Notes under the pieces: model-generated
Told to the model about the DNA's origin: nothing
The model's database searches: none
What the model saw: only the letters and a program-made list of their open reading frames with translations
In this document: positions 53,251-64,000 of the stretch, in pieces
How positions within the stretch are numbered: position 1 is the first letter of the stretch
Layout of the letters: each line of letters begins with the position of its first letter
Program-made: the position numbers and the translations under genes
Source of the DNA: Deltaproteobacteria bacterium
Lineage (GTDB): Bacteria; Desulfobacterota_D; UBA1144; Nemesobacterales; Nemesobacteraceae
Reading direction: 5' to 3'
NCBI GenBank assembly: GCA_029262295.1
Contig: JAJCZR010000011.1
Coordinates: 802 to 64,801, forward strand
DNA: 64,000 bases

Positions 53251-54486
53251 TTAACTGAACTGCTGGATTGTTATGCTTGAGTTTGTCCCACCAAAACCAT
53301 AAGAATTGCTCAGGACTGTTTTTATCTTTTTTTCCCTCGGTTCAAAAGGCACATAATCCAGATCACACTCAGGATCGGGGTTAAAAAGATTTATGGTTGG
53401 GGGAATAACTGAATTATAAATTGCAAGTGAACAAATTGCAGTTTCAACTGCCCCTGCTGCCCCAAGCATATGGCCTGTCATGGATTTAGTGGAACTGACA
53501 GGAATATTATAGGCATTATCACCAAAAACCTTTTTTATAGCATTTGTCTCATTAACATCATTAAGCTGAGTTGAAGTGCCATGGGCATTTATATAATCAA
53601 TATCATCAGGATTTACTGAAGAATCTTTTAGTGCTGCCTGCATTGACCTTACAGGTCCGCTTAAAGACGGTGCAGTAATATGAAATCCGTCACCACTCAT
53701 TCCTGAGCCCAATATTTCTGAATAAATTCTGGCACCGCGTTTCTTTGCAAACTCAACTTCTTCAAGTATCAACATTGCCGATCCTTCAGACAATATAAAA
53801 CCATCTCTGTCTTTATCAAAGGGCCTTGAAGCAGTGGAAGGATCATCATTTCTTGTGGAAAGGGCCTTCATAGCATTAAAACCAGCAACAGTAAGTGGAA
53901 TCAATGGAGCTTCCGTCCCACCCACTATCATCACATCAGCATCACCTCTTTGAATAAAGTAGCTAGCCATTGTTATGGCATGACCACTGGCAGCACAAGC
54001 TGTTGTAGTGCAACAGTTTGGTCCTTTGGCATTAAAATTAATTGAGATATAGCCTGCTGCCATATTCGTAACGATATTCGGTATAAAGAAAGGTGATATC
54101 CTGCCTGGGCCCCTACTGTCCATTACCTTAAAGGTATCATAATATGATTTCATACCGCCAATACCAGATGAAACGACAGTACCTACCCTTTCTGATAACT
54201 CGTCATCTATTTCAAGCTGCGAATCATCAATCGCCATCTTCGCAGCAGCCATAGAAAATAGTATAAAATCATCACTTCTATTAGCTTCTTTGGCATCCAT
54301 ATAGTCATGTGGATTAAAATTATCCGTGACCTGGCCTGCAATCTGCGTTTTCAGCTCCGAAGGATCAAACTTTGTTATAGTGCTGACACCCGATTTCCCT
54401 TCCAAAAGGGCATTCCAGGTATTCTTTACACCCAGGCCTATGGGTGTAACAAACCCAATACCTGTAACAACAACCCTTCGTTTCAT
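53251..54486 (-). CDS. fabF: 3-oxoacyl-ACP synthase II
   Basis: TACAAS, AHGTST, KSMTGH, SYGFGGTN. Confidence 0.96.
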   Translation of the reverse strand: MKRRVVVTGIGFVTPIGLGVKNTWNALLEGKSGVSTITKFDPSELKTQIAGQVTDNFNPHDYMDAKEANRSDDFILFSMAAAKMAIDDSQLEIDDELSERVGTVVSSGIGGMKSYYDTFKVMDSRGPGRISPFFIPNIVTNMAAGYISINFNAKGPNCCTTTACAASGHAITMASYFIQRGDADVMIVGGTEAPLIPLTVAGFNAMKALSTRNDDPSTASRPFDKDRDGFILSEGSAMLILEEVEFAKKRGARIYSEILGSGMSGDGFHITAPSLSGPVRSMQAALKDSSVNPDDIDYINAHGTSTQLNDVNETNAIKKVFGDNAYNIPVSSTKSMTGHMLGAAGAVETAICSLAIYNSVIPPTINLFNPDPECDLDYVPFEPREKKIKTVLSNSYGFGGTNSSITIQQFS

Positions 54487-54728
54487 TACTGTTTTCTCTC
54501 TGAAATAAAGCTTAAAGCATCCTGCACTGTAATAATGCTTTCTGCATCTTCATCTGAAATCTCAAGACCAAACTCATCTTCCATAGACATTATGAGCTCT
54601 ACAAGATCAAGCGAGTCTGCACCCAGGTCTTCAATAAAAGAAGCATCCGGTGTGATTTCTTCATGTGATTTCCCCAACTGACTTGCAACCATATCCTTTA
54701 CTTTCGATAAAATTTCTTTATCAGACAT
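54486..54728 (-). CDS. acpP: Acyl carrier protein
   Basis: LGADSLD phosphopantetheine motif. Confidence 0.97.
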   Translation of the reverse strand: MSDKEILSKVKDMVASQLGKSHEEITPDASFIEDLGADSLDLVELIMSMEDEFGLEISDEDAESIITVQDALSFISERKQ

Positions 54729-54751
54729 TAACTTAAACCTCCTAATATTTT

Positions 54752-55495
54752 TTACATATATAAACCGCCATTAACCCTTATTACTTCTCCGGTTATGTAT
54801 GACGCTTTTTTTGATGCCAAGAAGGTTACAACATTTGAAATATCTTTGGTAGTGCCAAATCTTTTCAAAGGTACACCTTCCATATATTTTTCTTTTGTTT
54901 TTTGTGGTAAATCCTTTGTTATATCAGTATCAACAAAACCAGGGCTTACTGCATTTACAGTTATACCCCTTGAACCAAACTCTTTAGCTGAAGATTTTGT
55001 AAATCCCATAATTGCAGATTTTGCTGAGGCATAATTAATTTGACCAGCATTACCCATTTCTCCAACAACTGAAGATATATTGATTATTCTTCCATACTTT
55101 TGCTTAATCATTGATCTGGCAACAGCTTTAGTGCAGTTAAAAACACCTTTAATGTTAACTTCAAAAACCCTGTCCCAGTCCCTCTCGTCCATCCTTAAAA
55201 AAAGCCCGTCCCTTGTTATACCTGCATTATTAACCAAAACATCTATTCCATTATGATTTTTAATAAAATCTGTAACTTTATTTTGTACGTCATCAAAATT
55301 AGAGACATCAAATTGAAGTGTCGTTCCCTTACCACCTGCTTTTTCTATTTCCGAAAGGGTTTGTTTAGCGGCATCTTCACTATTTGTATAATTAATAACA
55401 ACAAAAGCACCTTGCGAAGCAAGATCCATCGCCACTTCTCTTCCTATACCCCTTGATGCACCGGTTATTAAAGCAACCTGATTTTCAAATTCCAT
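54752..55495 (-). CDS. fabG: 3-oxoacyl-ACP reductase
   Basis: [21 protein letters not shown]; position within the fab cluster. Confidence 0.95.
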   Translation of the reverse strand: MEFENQVALITGASRGIGREVAMDLASQGAFVVINYTNSEDAAKQTLSEIEKAGGKGTTLQFDVSNFDDVQNKVTDFIKNHNGIDVLVNNAGITRDGLFLRMDERDWDRVFEVNIKGVFNCTKAVARSMIKQKYGRIINISSVVGEMGNAGQINYASAKSAIMGFTKSSAKEFGSRGITVNAVSPGFVDTDITKDLPQKTKEKYMEGVPLKRFGTTKDISNVVTFLASKKASYITGEVIRVNGGLYM

Positions 55496-56417
55496 TTTCT
55501 TTAATATGATTTAATTGTTCGATTTTTTCAATATTTATTGTGTTTACATCTTTAATGGTTCTCTTTATTAATCCACTTAATACACTTGATGGACCAATTT
55601 CAACAAAATTCTCTACACCTTTATCATTTAGAAAATTTAAGGTGTCAGTCCATCTTACCGGACTTGTTACCTGCCTTACAAGTATTTCTTTTACTAAAGA
55701 CGGATCGCTATTTGCAGATGCATCAACATTCGTTACCACAGGAAAATCAATATTCTCAAATTTAATTGTGTCTAAAACATCTCCCAATCTCTTTGCAGCT
55801 TTGTCCATTAGTGAACAGTGAAATGGTGCACTCACATCAAGAGGCACAACTCTTTTTGCACCTTTTTGCTTTGCAAGTTCCGAAGCTTTTTCCACATTCT
55901 CTTTATTGCCAGATATTACAATTTGAGCAGGGGAGTTAAAATTTGCAGGGCTTACAATTCCATTATTATCGCAAGCAGATTCACAAATCTCATTAACATC
56001 ATTTTCAGATAATCCTAAAACTGCAGCCATTGCCCCAATACCAACAGGTACTGAATCTTGCATAAACTCACCTCTTTTTCTTACAACATAGGCAGCATCA
56101 GTGAGGCTCATACAACCGGAACAGACTAAGGCTGAAAATTCTCCAAGACTATGGCCTGCTACAAAATCGGGACTCATATCAGTTTCATTTTGCATTACCC
56201 TTAAAATTGCAACACTTGTTGTCAAGATTGCAGGCTGCGCGTTTGCCGTAAGTGAAAGTTCTTTTTGATCCGACTCAAAACAAAGTTTTCGAAGATCTTC
56301 ACCAACAGAATTGCTGGCCTCTTCAAAAGCCTGTTTTGCCAAAGGAAATTCAGTGCAAAAATCCTTTCCCATGCCAACATATTGTGACCCCTGACCAGGA
56401 AATACAAAAGTTATCAT
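55485..56417 (-). CDS. fabD: Malonyl-CoA:ACP transacylase
   Basis: FPGQGSQ, GHSLGE, VSAPFH. Confidence 0.96.
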   Translation of the reverse strand: MITFVFPGQGSQYVGMGKDFCTEFPLAKQAFEEASNSVGEDLRKLCFESDQKELSLTANAQPAILTTSVAILRVMQNETDMSPDFVAGHSLGEFSALVCSGCMSLTDAAYVVRKRGEFMQDSVPVGIGAMAAVLGLSENDVNEICESACDNNGIVSPANFNSPAQIVISGNKENVEKASELAKQKGAKRVVPLDVSAPFHCSLMDKAAKRLGDVLDTIKFENIDFPVVTNVDASANSDPSLVKEILVRQVTSPVRWTDTLNFLNDKGVENFVEIGPSSVLSGLIKRTIKDVNTINIEKIEQLNHIKENGI

Positions 56418-56436
56418 ATAATTTTTTTAATATTTA

Positions 56437-56634
56437 TTATTCTTCTACAACAATTTCTTCTTGTTGCTTAAAGAATGCCCTGCCCTTGTAATGGCCACAA
56501 CTCGGACATGCCCTGTGGGGAGGTTTTAGTTCATTACATTCCGGGCAAAGGGATACTCCTGGAATTATTGCCTTATAATGAGTACGTCTTTTACGTGATT
56601 TTGACCTTGAAGTTTTTCTTTTAGGTAATGCCAT
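56437..56634 (-). CDS. rpmF: 50S ribosomal protein L32 (zinc-ribbon type)
   Basis: MALPKRKTSRSK...CPECNELKPPHRACPSCG. Confidence 0.96.
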   Translation of the reverse strand: MALPKRKTSRSKSRKRRTHYKAIIPGVSLCPECNELKPPHRACPSCGHYKGRAFFKQQEEIVVEE

Positions 56635-56656
56635 AACTTACTCCTGATTTATTATA

Positions 56657-57166
56657 TTAAACTTTAATTCCTTTTAACTCCGAAAAACGTGGGTCTTCCC
56701 ATCTTGTATCACAACCGCACTTCTCGGAATTCATATTTATACCACACTTTGGACAAAGCCCTTTACACTGCTCATTACAAACAACTTTAAATGGAAGCGA
56801 AAGTGATATCTGTTGCCTAAAGTAGTCGTTTAGATCTAGATGTTCGCCTTCGTAAGTCTCATGATCAACATCTGCCCCTTCTTCCTCAACTGTCTCTTTT
56901 GGTGACAAAAGAAGGTTAGTAGCAATCTTAATATGTTGATCAACTCCATCCAGGCATAATGAACATGAAGAAACTATACCGAATTCCACCGTTCCTTTAA
57001 CACTTATTTCCCTAACAACTTTAAATAAATCTAAATTAAATTCAATATCTGAATTTACACGGATTAATCCATTTTTTTCTTCAGTAGATGAATTAAACCA
57101 CTCAGCTTCCTTTTTAAGGTTAAGATTGAGACCATTTTCTGCAATTTCTGAAACATTAATTATCAT
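56657..57166 (-). CDS. yceD: YceD/DUF177 protein
   Basis: CSLCL, CNEQCKGLCPKCG, DPRFSELK; upstream of rpmF. ATG 57166 with GAGG SD (track start TTG 57178). Confidence 0.9.
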   Translation of the reverse strand: MIINVSEIAENGLNLNLKKEAEWFNSSTEEKNGLIRVNSDIEFNLDLFKVVREISVKGTVEFGIVSSCSLCLDGVDQHIKIATNLLLSPKETVEEEGADVDHETYEGEHLDLNDYFRQQISLSLPFKVVCNEQCKGLCPKCGINMNSEKCGCDTRWEDPRFSELKGIKV

Positions 57167-57233
57167 TTTTAACCTCAAAAACTGCTTTAATATAATCTAA
57201 GACAAACTAAATGCAAGTAATTGAAATTACTCA

Positions 57234-58208
57234 CTAAACATTATGGCAGGCAGCTTTATGTCCAGACATTTTATCGAGTAAAACCGGAACTTCTTTTTTA
57301 CATATTTCAGTGGCAATCGGGCATCTTGGATGAAAACTGCAACCCTTCGGCACATTGATTGGGCTGGGGATCTCCTGGGCAGATAAATTTTCAATTTCAA
57401 GTTTACTCTTTTTATTAATCTCGGGAATAGCAGATATAAGTATTTTTGTGTAAGGATGAAGAGGTTTTTTATATATCTGCTCACTTTCTGCAATTTCAAC
57501 TATTTTGCCGAGATACATAACTGCAACTTTATCGCTTATATGTTTTACTGCACGAAGATCATGTGCAATAAAAATATAAGTAAGCCCATAGGTGCTTTGA
57601 AGGCTCTCAAGAAGATTGATTATCTGTGCCTGCACAGAAACATCAAGGGCAGAAACAGGTTCATCACAAACAATAAACTTTGGCTTAATTGCAATAGACC
57701 TTGCAATTGCAATTCTTTGTCGTTGTCCACCACTAAATTCATGAGGGTATCTATTTATAACATCCTTGTTTAAACCCACTTCGCCCAATAAGTCCAAGAC
57801 ATAATCCTTTCTATCTTTTTTAGGAACAGTGTTATGGACCGATATACCTTCAGAAATAATAGACTCAACATTCATTCTTGGATTAAGTGAGCCATAAGGA
57901 TTTTGAAAAATTATCTGCATATCCCTTCTAATAGGTCTTAAATCCCGGCTATTAAGGTTAGTAATATCTATATTATCAAAAACTATTTTTCCATCTGTTG
58001 GGTTTAGTAGCCTTATCAGGGTTTTTCCCAAAGTTGTTTTTCCACTTCCGCTCTCACCTACAAGACCAAGGGTTTTGGTCCTTTCAATTTCAAGGGTTAT
58101 ATCGTCAACTGCCTTAACATATTCAGCAGTTCTGGAAAAAATACCCTTTTTAACCGGAAAATACTTTTTAAGGTTCTCAACTTTTACAATGATATTATCT
58201 TTGTTCAT
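57234..58208 (-). CDS. oppF: Oligopeptide ABC transporter ATPase (OppF/AppF)
   Basis: GESGSGKT, FSGGQRQR, CDEP, C-terminal GCSFHPRC. Confidence 0.92.
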   Translation of the reverse strand: MNKDNIIVKVENLKKYFPVKKGIFSRTAEYVKAVDDITLEIERTKTLGLVGESGSGKTTLGKTLIRLLNPTDGKIVFDNIDITNLNSRDLRPIRRDMQIIFQNPYGSLNPRMNVESIISEGISVHNTVPKKDRKDYVLDLLGEVGLNKDVINRYPHEFSGGQRQRIAIARSIAIKPKFIVCDEPVSALDVSVQAQIINLLESLQSTYGLTYIFIAHDLRAVKHISDKVAVMYLGKIVEIAESEQIYKKPLHPYTKILISAIPEINKKSKLEIENLSAQEIPSPINVPKGCSFHPRCPIATEICKKEVPVLLDKMSGHKAACHNV

Positions 58209-59185
58209 TTCTTAAACTCATCATATTTAAAGCATGCTGATTTATGTGTGCCATCTAAACTTGCAAGTTCGGGTTCCGATTCAAAGCACTTATCAAATGC
58301 ATATTCACATCTGTTGTTAAATCTGCAACCCTTTGGGAATTCATTTGGGCTTGGAATTAATCCTGCAATTGAATACAGCTTTTCCTTTTTTTCCTCAAGG
58401 CTTGGGATTGAATTTATAAGCCCTATTGTATAAGGATGGCAGGGGTTTGAAAAAACCTCATCTATTGTGCCGCTTTCCACTACTTTTCCGGCATAAATTA
58501 CATATATTTCATCGGCAACCTGGGAGACAACCCCAAGATCATGTGTTATGAGCATAACAGCCATGCCAATTCGGTCTCTTAACTCATTGATAAGAGCCAA
58601 TATCCCCGCTTGAATTGTTACATCAAGTGCAGTTGTGGGTTCATCTGCAATTAAAAGTTCCGGATTACATGCAAGGGCCATTGCTATCATAACCCTCTGG
58701 CACATTCCTCCACTCATTTCATGGGGATAATTATTGTATCTGGATTCAGGAGAAGGTATTCCTACCAGTTTTAAAAGTTCAACAACCCTTTTCTTTTCTT
58801 CAGCCTTACTCGTATCTTCATGGGTTCTGATCACTTCTCCTATCTGGTCTCCAACTGTATAAACAGGATTTAGTGAACTTACTGGTTCCTGAAATATCAT
58901 AGATATCATATTCCCTCTATATTTTCTAAGCTCGTTGTCCGACAACTTGAGCAAATCTTCGCCGTTAAAAAGCACTTCCCCGCTGTCAATATTGGCCGGA
59001 GGGATTGGAAGAAGCCCCATAATTGACAGTGCTGTGAGTGTTTTGCCACATCCACTTTCTCCAACCACACCCACAATCTTGCCCTTTTCTATATCTATAT
59101 TTACACCACCGAGTACTTCCACACTCTCTTTACCCGACTTAAATGATACTTTTAAATCTTTTATTTTAAGTAGTTTGTCACTCAT
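58205..59185 (-). CDS. oppD: Oligopeptide ABC transporter ATPase (OppD/AppD)
   Basis: [33 protein letters not shown]. Confidence 0.92.
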   Translation of the reverse strand: MSDKLLKIKDLKVSFKSGKESVEVLGGVNIDIEKGKIVGVVGESGCGKTLTALSIMGLLPIPPANIDSGEVLFNGEDLLKLSDNELRKYRGNMISMIFQEPVSSLNPVYTVGDQIGEVIRTHEDTSKAEEKKRVVELLKLVGIPSPESRYNNYPHEMSGGMCQRVMIAMALACNPELLIADEPTTALDVTIQAGILALINELRDRIGMAVMLITHDLGVVSQVADEIYVIYAGKVVESGTIDEVFSNPCHPYTIGLINSIPSLEEKKEKLYSIAGLIPSPNEFPKGCRFNNRCEYAFDKCFESEPELASLDGTHKSACFKYDEFKK

Positions 59186-59206
59186 AGCTAAAGTAAATTA
59201 TCAAGA

Positions 59207-60205
59207 TTATCCTTCTTTTAATTTTGGGTCAATTGCGTTTCTAAACCCTTCACCGATAAGGTTAAGTGATGTAACGGTAAGAAAAATTGCTATTCCCGGA
59301 AATAAAACAAGCCACCATGCAAAATCCACATATTTTTGTGATTGAGAAAGTATTTCTCCCCAACTCGGATCAGGAGGCGGCACCCCGAACCCTAAAAAAC
59401 TAAGACTGGATTCAACAAGTATAGCACCGGCTATTCCGAATGTGGCACTCACAAGTACAGGGGCAAGTGAATTGGGGAGCATGTGTTTTAACATTAATCT
59501 GATATCACTTCCTCCAAGTGCGGCTGCTGCTTCCACATAAGTGGTTTTTCTAAGTTTCAAAAATTCTCCCCTTACAAGTCTTGCCACTCCTGTCCAGCCT
59601 GTAAGCCCAATCACTATCATAATGTTGTATATACTTGGATTTGTAAAAGCAAGTATTGTCAAAATAAGAAAAAATACCGGAAATGTAATCATTATCTCAA
59701 TCAATCTTGAAATTACAAAATCCACTTTTCCCCCATAATAACCAGCCATCGATCCTAGAAATAAACCAATTATAAGTGCAATACCCACTGCCACAACACC
59801 AATTGAGAGCGAAACCCTGGCCCCATGTATCATACGGGCGAGAACATCCCTTCCCCTGTCATCTGTGCCAAGAAAATGGTCTGCAGATGGAGGGCTTAAC
59901 ACATTGAAAAGATCATTCTCAGTAGGGCTGTATTTTACAGGTGGAAAAATTGAAAAAGAGTTTTCATCATTGATGTACTTTTCTTTAATATCTATGCCAA
60001 ACAAATCTTTATGATTGGTTACAACAGGAAAATAATACTTGCCACTATCTATCAGCACTAAAGGTTTGTTTCCTGCGAGAAAATCCTGAAATATGGCAAC
60101 AAAGAGCAAAAAGGCAACCAAAACTAGTGATATAATTGCAAGCCTGTCTTTTTTAAACTCAAGCCACACTCCTCTCCAATAACTTATACTTTTTTGTTCG
60201 TTCAT
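59207..60205 (-). CDS. oppC: Oligopeptide ABC transporter permease (OppC)
   Basis: LGTDDRGRD, EAA loop YVEAAAALG, HMLPN. Confidence 0.92.
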   Translation of the reverse strand: MNEQKSISYWRGVWLEFKKDRLAIISLVLVAFLLFVAIFQDFLAGNKPLVLIDSGKYYFPVVTNHKDLFGIDIKEKYINDENSFSIFPPVKYSPTENDLFNVLSPPSADHFLGTDDRGRDVLARMIHGARVSLSIGVVAVGIALIIGLFLGSMAGYYGGKVDFVISRLIEIMITFPVFFLILTILAFTNPSIYNIMIVIGLTGWTGVARLVRGEFLKLRKTTYVEAAAALGGSDIRLMLKHMLPNSLAPVLVSATFGIAGAILVESSLSFLGFGVPPPDPSWGEILSQSQKYVDFAWWLVLFPGIAIFLTVTSLNLIGEGFRNAIDPKLKEG

Positions 60206-61203
60206 ACTTTTTCTTCAAAACTTATTCTTGGATCTACCACAGCATAAGCAATATCCGAGATTAAAATTCCTATTAATGTCAGAAACGCTGATATTGTTGC
60301 TATTGCCATTATTACTGGGTAATCCCTTGAAAGTATCGCCTCAAAACCAAGTTTTCCAATTCCTGGGATTGAAAATATTGTTTCTATAATCACGCTTCCT
60401 CCTATCATTGCAGGAAGTATTGAAGCAATGATAGTAATAATTGGAATAAGTGAGTTTCTAAGTGCGTGTTTAAATAAGATTATATCGTCTTTGAGCCCTT
60501 TGGCTTTTGCTGTGCGGATAAAGTCTTCCCTTAAAACTTCAAGCAGGCTTCCTTTTTGAAACCTTGAAAGTGAAGCAAAATCGGCGTAAGTTAGGCAAAA
60601 CACAGGCAATGTAATATGCCATAAAAAATCCAGAATCTTTTTATGTACTGGAAAATTTTCATATCCAGCCGAGTGAATCCCAAATATCGGAAATATATCC
60701 AGATAATCCCCACCACCCAGAAAGAAAATAAGAATTATTGCCATCCAAAAGCTTGGAATTGAGTAAAGCACGAAAAGAATAAAGGTAGATGTTCTTTCAA
60801 GTTTGGTTTTCTGTCTTATTGCAGAGTATGCACCAATGGGTATTGAAATAATATAAGCCAAAAAGATTGAAAAAAGGTTAAGTGTGAGGGTTATAGGAAG
60901 GCGCTCTTTTATTTTGTCTATTACAGGACGATGATCTTTATAAGAATCGCCAAAATCCAAGGTGATTATCTGTTTTAGCCATATTCCGTATCTCACGTGA
61001 ATTGGTTTATCAAGCCCGTAAAGCTTGTTTGTTTCTTCAATTATCTCTTTTGTTATCTCTTCTGCCTTTACACCCTCATCAAACCCAAGTTTACTTTGTA
61101 TTGGGCTTCCTGGGGCAAGCTGAATTATGAGAAAAGTTATAATGGTAATACCAAAAAGCGTTGGTATCATTAGCAAAAGACGCTTTATTAAATAATCTTT
61201 CAT
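60202..61203 (-). CDS. oppB: Oligopeptide ABC transporter permease (OppB)
   Basis: YGLDKP, FIRTAKAKGL, HALRNS, RDYPV. Confidence 0.92.
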   Translation of the reverse strand: MKDYLIKRLLLMIPTLFGITIITFLIIQLAPGSPIQSKLGFDEGVKAEEITKEIIEETNKLYGLDKPIHVRYGIWLKQIITLDFGDSYKDHRPVIDKIKERLPITLTLNLFSIFLAYIISIPIGAYSAIRQKTKLERTSTFILFVLYSIPSFWMAIILIFFLGGGDYLDIFPIFGIHSAGYENFPVHKKILDFLWHITLPVFCLTYADFASLSRFQKGSLLEVLREDFIRTAKAKGLKDDIILFKHALRNSLIPIITIIASILPAMIGGSVIIETIFSIPGIGKLGFEAILSRDYPVIMAIATISAFLTLIGILISDIAYAVVDPRISFEEKV

Positions 61204-61233
61204 CTTTGGACAATACGGAACTTAAAAGTGCAG

Positions 61234-62865
61234 CTAGTTTGCACTATATTTTTGCAGATTTTCCGGCACAAACCACTCTGTGTAGTCAATGCCAAGTGGG
61301 TAAATATTTACATCTCTAAACCTTTTGTTTATAGCCACAGTAGACTGTCGACAAAACAAAAATGTGTATGGCTGCTCTTCATGCACAATCTCTGCAAACT
61401 CATTGTAAAGCTTGATTCTTTTATCTCTGTCAAATTCAACCCTGGCTGCATTGATAAGCTCATCCGCTCTTTTATTTTTAAAACCAATAAAATTTGAACC
61501 TTTATTTTCAGCCTGAGTAGAACTCCAAATCTGATATGGGTCTGATTCCACCCCCATACTCCATGCTAACGTAACCGCATCAAATTTTCTTTGTTGCAAC
61601 CTGTCGGTAAAAACAGCCCACTCTGTTTTTCTGATATTCATCACTATTCCGTGTTTTTTAATTTCTTCTTTAAGTATAGTGGCAATTTTTTCACCGGTCT
61701 CAGAACCATTTGGAATTAAAAATTCAAACTCAAATTTCTCACCATCTTTATCCCGGATACTATCCCCATCAGAATCAATCCAACCGGCTTCATCTAAAAG
61801 CGCAACAGCTTTTTCAGGGCTGTATTCAAAAGACTTTATATATTTTGGATACTCAGGGCTTTTTAGGAAAAACGGGCTAGTAACAACTGTGCCAAGATCA
61901 AGAAGTATCTTTTCAAGTACAAGCTCTCTATCAAGGAAATGGGTCATCGCCCTTCTAACCATTTTATCAGAAAAAAAACTTTTTTTCTGGTTCCATCCTA
62001 TGAATGAATAGTTGGGAGTAAAATATGCATGCTTATTATAATTTTTCTTAAACGCCTCGGAAGCAGACTGCTTATCCCACTGCACAGGGGTTAAGCCAGC
62101 AACATCAATATCCCCGTTTTTCATTACCTGAAATTTTACAGTTTCATCATTTATTACTTTAAATACGACTTTTTCAATATTAGGTTTAGTGCCCCAGTAA
62201 TCATTGTTTTTTTCAAGCACTATCTCAGAACCTGTTTTCCATTCAATAAATTTGTATGGACCTGTGCCCACAGGGCTTCTTCCCGCGGTATGTTTATTAA
62301 AATCCCCATTCTCAAATATATGTTTTGGTATAATCGGCATACCACCGCAAAATTCAAGTGCTAAAAAATAAGGTTTAGAATAAACAAATTTAACTGTGTA
62401 ATCATCAAGGGCTTCAACGCTTTTTACATCATTGTAATAACTTTTAAGATGCGGGGCATCCACTTTTGGATCAATTATTCTTTCATAAGAATAGACAACA
62501 TCTTTAGAAGTAAAAGGTGTGCCATCATGCCATTTTACATTCTTTTTGAGATAAAAAACAAATGAAAGTTTGTCATCTGAGATTTCCCAAGACTCGGCCA
62601 AAAGTGGGATCAACTCAAGAGTTTCATTGTCTCTATCAACAAGTGTTTCATAGATATTTCTGTTTATTCTACTTTCATAGGCATCGGTGGCTGTTATCGG
62701 GTTTAATGTTCCAGGCTCAGATGCCATATGATAAATAAGCCAATCTCCATTAACAGGGGTTGCAGAATCACTTTTTTTATTTGTATCACTTGAAACACTT
62801 TTTTCTTCACTTTGCCCACATGATATAGCTATAAAACAAAGCAGCAGAAATAAAACTCTTTTCAT
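61234..62865 (-). CDS. oppA: Family-5 peptide-binding lipoprotein (OppA/AppA)
   Basis: Lipobox IAISC, TLNP, LAESW, WHDG.PFTS.DV, GTGPY. Confidence 0.92.
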   Translation of the reverse strand: MKRVLFLLLCFIAISCGQSEEKSVSSDTNKKSDSATPVNGDWLIYHMASEPGTLNPITATDAYESRINRNIYETLVDRDNETLELIPLLAESWEISDDKLSFVFYLKKNVKWHDGTPFTSKDVVYSYERIIDPKVDAPHLKSYYNDVKSVEALDDYTVKFVYSKPYFLALEFCGGMPIIPKHIFENGDFNKHTAGRSPVGTGPYKFIEWKTGSEIVLEKNNDYWGTKPNIEKVVFKVINDETVKFQVMKNGDIDVAGLTPVQWDKQSASEAFKKNYNKHAYFTPNYSFIGWNQKKSFFSDKMVRRAMTHFLDRELVLEKILLDLGTVVTSPFFLKSPEYPKYIKSFEYSPEKAVALLDEAGWIDSDGDSIRDKDGEKFEFEFLIPNGSETGEKIATILKEEIKKHGIVMNIRKTEWAVFTDRLQQRKFDAVTLAWSMGVESDPYQIWSSTQAENKGSNFIGFKNKRADELINAARVEFDRDKRIKLYNEFAEIVHEEQPYTFLFCRQSTVAINKRFRDVNIYPLGIDYTEWFVPENLQKYSAN

Positions 62866-62917
62866 AAATACCTCTGAATTTAGATTTTTGATAATTCAAT
62901 AAAAATTACTCAGAGCC

Positions 62918-63676
62918 TCACTCTTTTTCATCTTTATATTTATCCATGAATGGCCTTATAAGCTCCATAGGAAGTGGGAGTAAAATAGTTGAGCTTTTAT
63001 CATTAGACATTTCTATCAGGCTTTGAAGGAACCTTAGCTGCAGCGACATTGGATTTTTTGACATTATATTGGCTGCTTCGGTAAGTTTTTCTGAAGCCTG
63101 GAATTCACCTTTGGCAGCAATAACCTTTGCCCTTCTCTCCCTTTCAGCTTCCGCCTGCTTTGCCATTGCCCTTTGCATTTCCTGTGGAAGATCAACGTAT
63201 TTTACTTCAACAAGAGTTACTTTTATTCCCCAGGCATCTGTTTGTTTATCAAGCACTTCCTGAAGCTTAAGATTAAGCGTGTCTCGCTCAGCAAGAAGGT
63301 CATCAAGTTCAACTTGGCCCAATACACTCCTAAGTGTAGTCTGGGCAAGCTGCGATGTTGCATAGAGGTAGTTTTCAACCTCTATTATTGCTTTTATTGG
63401 TTCCAGTACCCTGAAATATACAACTGCATTTACTTTTACCGATACATTATCTTTTGTTATTACATCTTGCGGGGGCACGTCCATTGTTATTACACGGAGG
63501 CTAACTTTCACTATTTTTTCTATAAAAGGAATAATGAAAATAAATCCAGGTCCCCTGGCACCCACAATCCTCCCTAGCCTGAAAACAACCCCTCTTTCAT
63601 ATTCCAAAAGTATCTTTACAGCGGATATCAAAAATAAAGCAATTATTGCAATAAAAACTATTAATGGTGTAGACAT
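62918..63676 (-). CDS. SPFH/stomatin-like (slipin) protein
   Basis: [37 protein letters not shown]. Confidence 0.93.
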   Translation of the reverse strand: MSTPLIVFIAIIALFLISAVKILLEYERGVVFRLGRIVGARGPGFIFIIPFIEKIVKVSLRVITMDVPPQDVITKDNVSVKVNAVVYFRVLEPIKAIIEVENYLYATSQLAQTTLRSVLGQVELDDLLAERDTLNLKLQEVLDKQTDAWGIKVTLVEVKYVDLPQEMQRAMAKQAEAERERRAKVIAAKGEFQASEKLTEAANIMSKNPMSLQLRFLQSLIEMSNDKSSTILLPLPMELIRPFMDKYKDEKE

Positions 63677-63702
63677 TTAAACCTCCAGATTTATAAATAT
63701 AA

Positions 63703-64000
63703 TCATGATTTTTTTACTTTCACTTCGAGATTACCTTTACTTTCGACAACTTCAATTTTATCTCCTGCATTAAGTGGATCATCACTTATAGCATTCCAGT
63801 ATTCACCGTGAACAAATATTTTACCATCTTTATTGTTCCAGGATATAACCTCTCCACCTTCGCCGAGAAGGCCTTCAAAACCTCCCTGCGGAGGAAGTCC
63901 AAATGATTTATTAAGAAAAAATACAACTAAAATAAAGAATATACCAAAAGCACCAACTGTGGCAGCGATTATTCCATAGCCCACTCTTATATCAGAGCCC
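63703..64000 (-). CDS. nfeD: NfeD-family membrane protein, 3' part only (runs off the window)
   Basis: TM helix then OB-fold GEGGEV...GKIFVHGEYWNA; frame is open to the window edge; canonical partner of SPFH. Confidence 0.85.
   Translation of the reverse strand, partial: GSDIRVGYGIIAATVGAFGIFFILVVFFLNKSFGLPPQGGFEGLLGEGGEVISWNNKDGKIFVHGEYWNAISDDPLNAGDKIEVVESKGNLEVKVKKS

Overview
AT-rich (roughly one-third GC by eye), gene-dense bacterial chromosome segment using standard code 11. TGA is a normal stop here, e.g. in the ATGA overlaps at ppx/yrdA-like and oppB/oppC. The gene mix tentatively suggests a Desulfobacterota/Dadabacteria-like lineage; this is inference, not a database result. The window is mostly core metabolism: an aceE-aceF-lpd PDH operon plus a second Lpd with lipB, pyc, the glutathione-dependent formaldehyde genes frmA-fghA, metH, gloB, a thrC-like gene with a ubiquitin-like sulfur carrier, a heat-shock island (rpoH-dnaK1 and hrcA-grpE-dnaK2-dnaJ), a TCA block (sucC, sdhCAB, mdh, icd, acnA), a fab cluster, an Opp-type ABC transporter and an NfeD/SPFH pair. 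I found no rRNA, tRNA, CRISPR array, integrase or transposase by eye. The most notable observations are: (1) an LCAT-like lipase split by one in-frame TGA just before its probable catalytic His; (2) a degenerate RsbW-like GHKL domain fused to a GNAT domain at the end of the PDH operon; (3) a thrC-like/MoaD-like pair whose carrier ends in GG-Ile, close to metH; (4) a 47-aa small exported protein missing from the ORF track, with its own promoter, SD and terminator; (5) a soluble triple-GAF kinase / REC-pseudoDHp / MEDS-LuxR signalling cassette; (6) several strong palindromes in divergent promoters. All motif calls were made by eye with no database searches.
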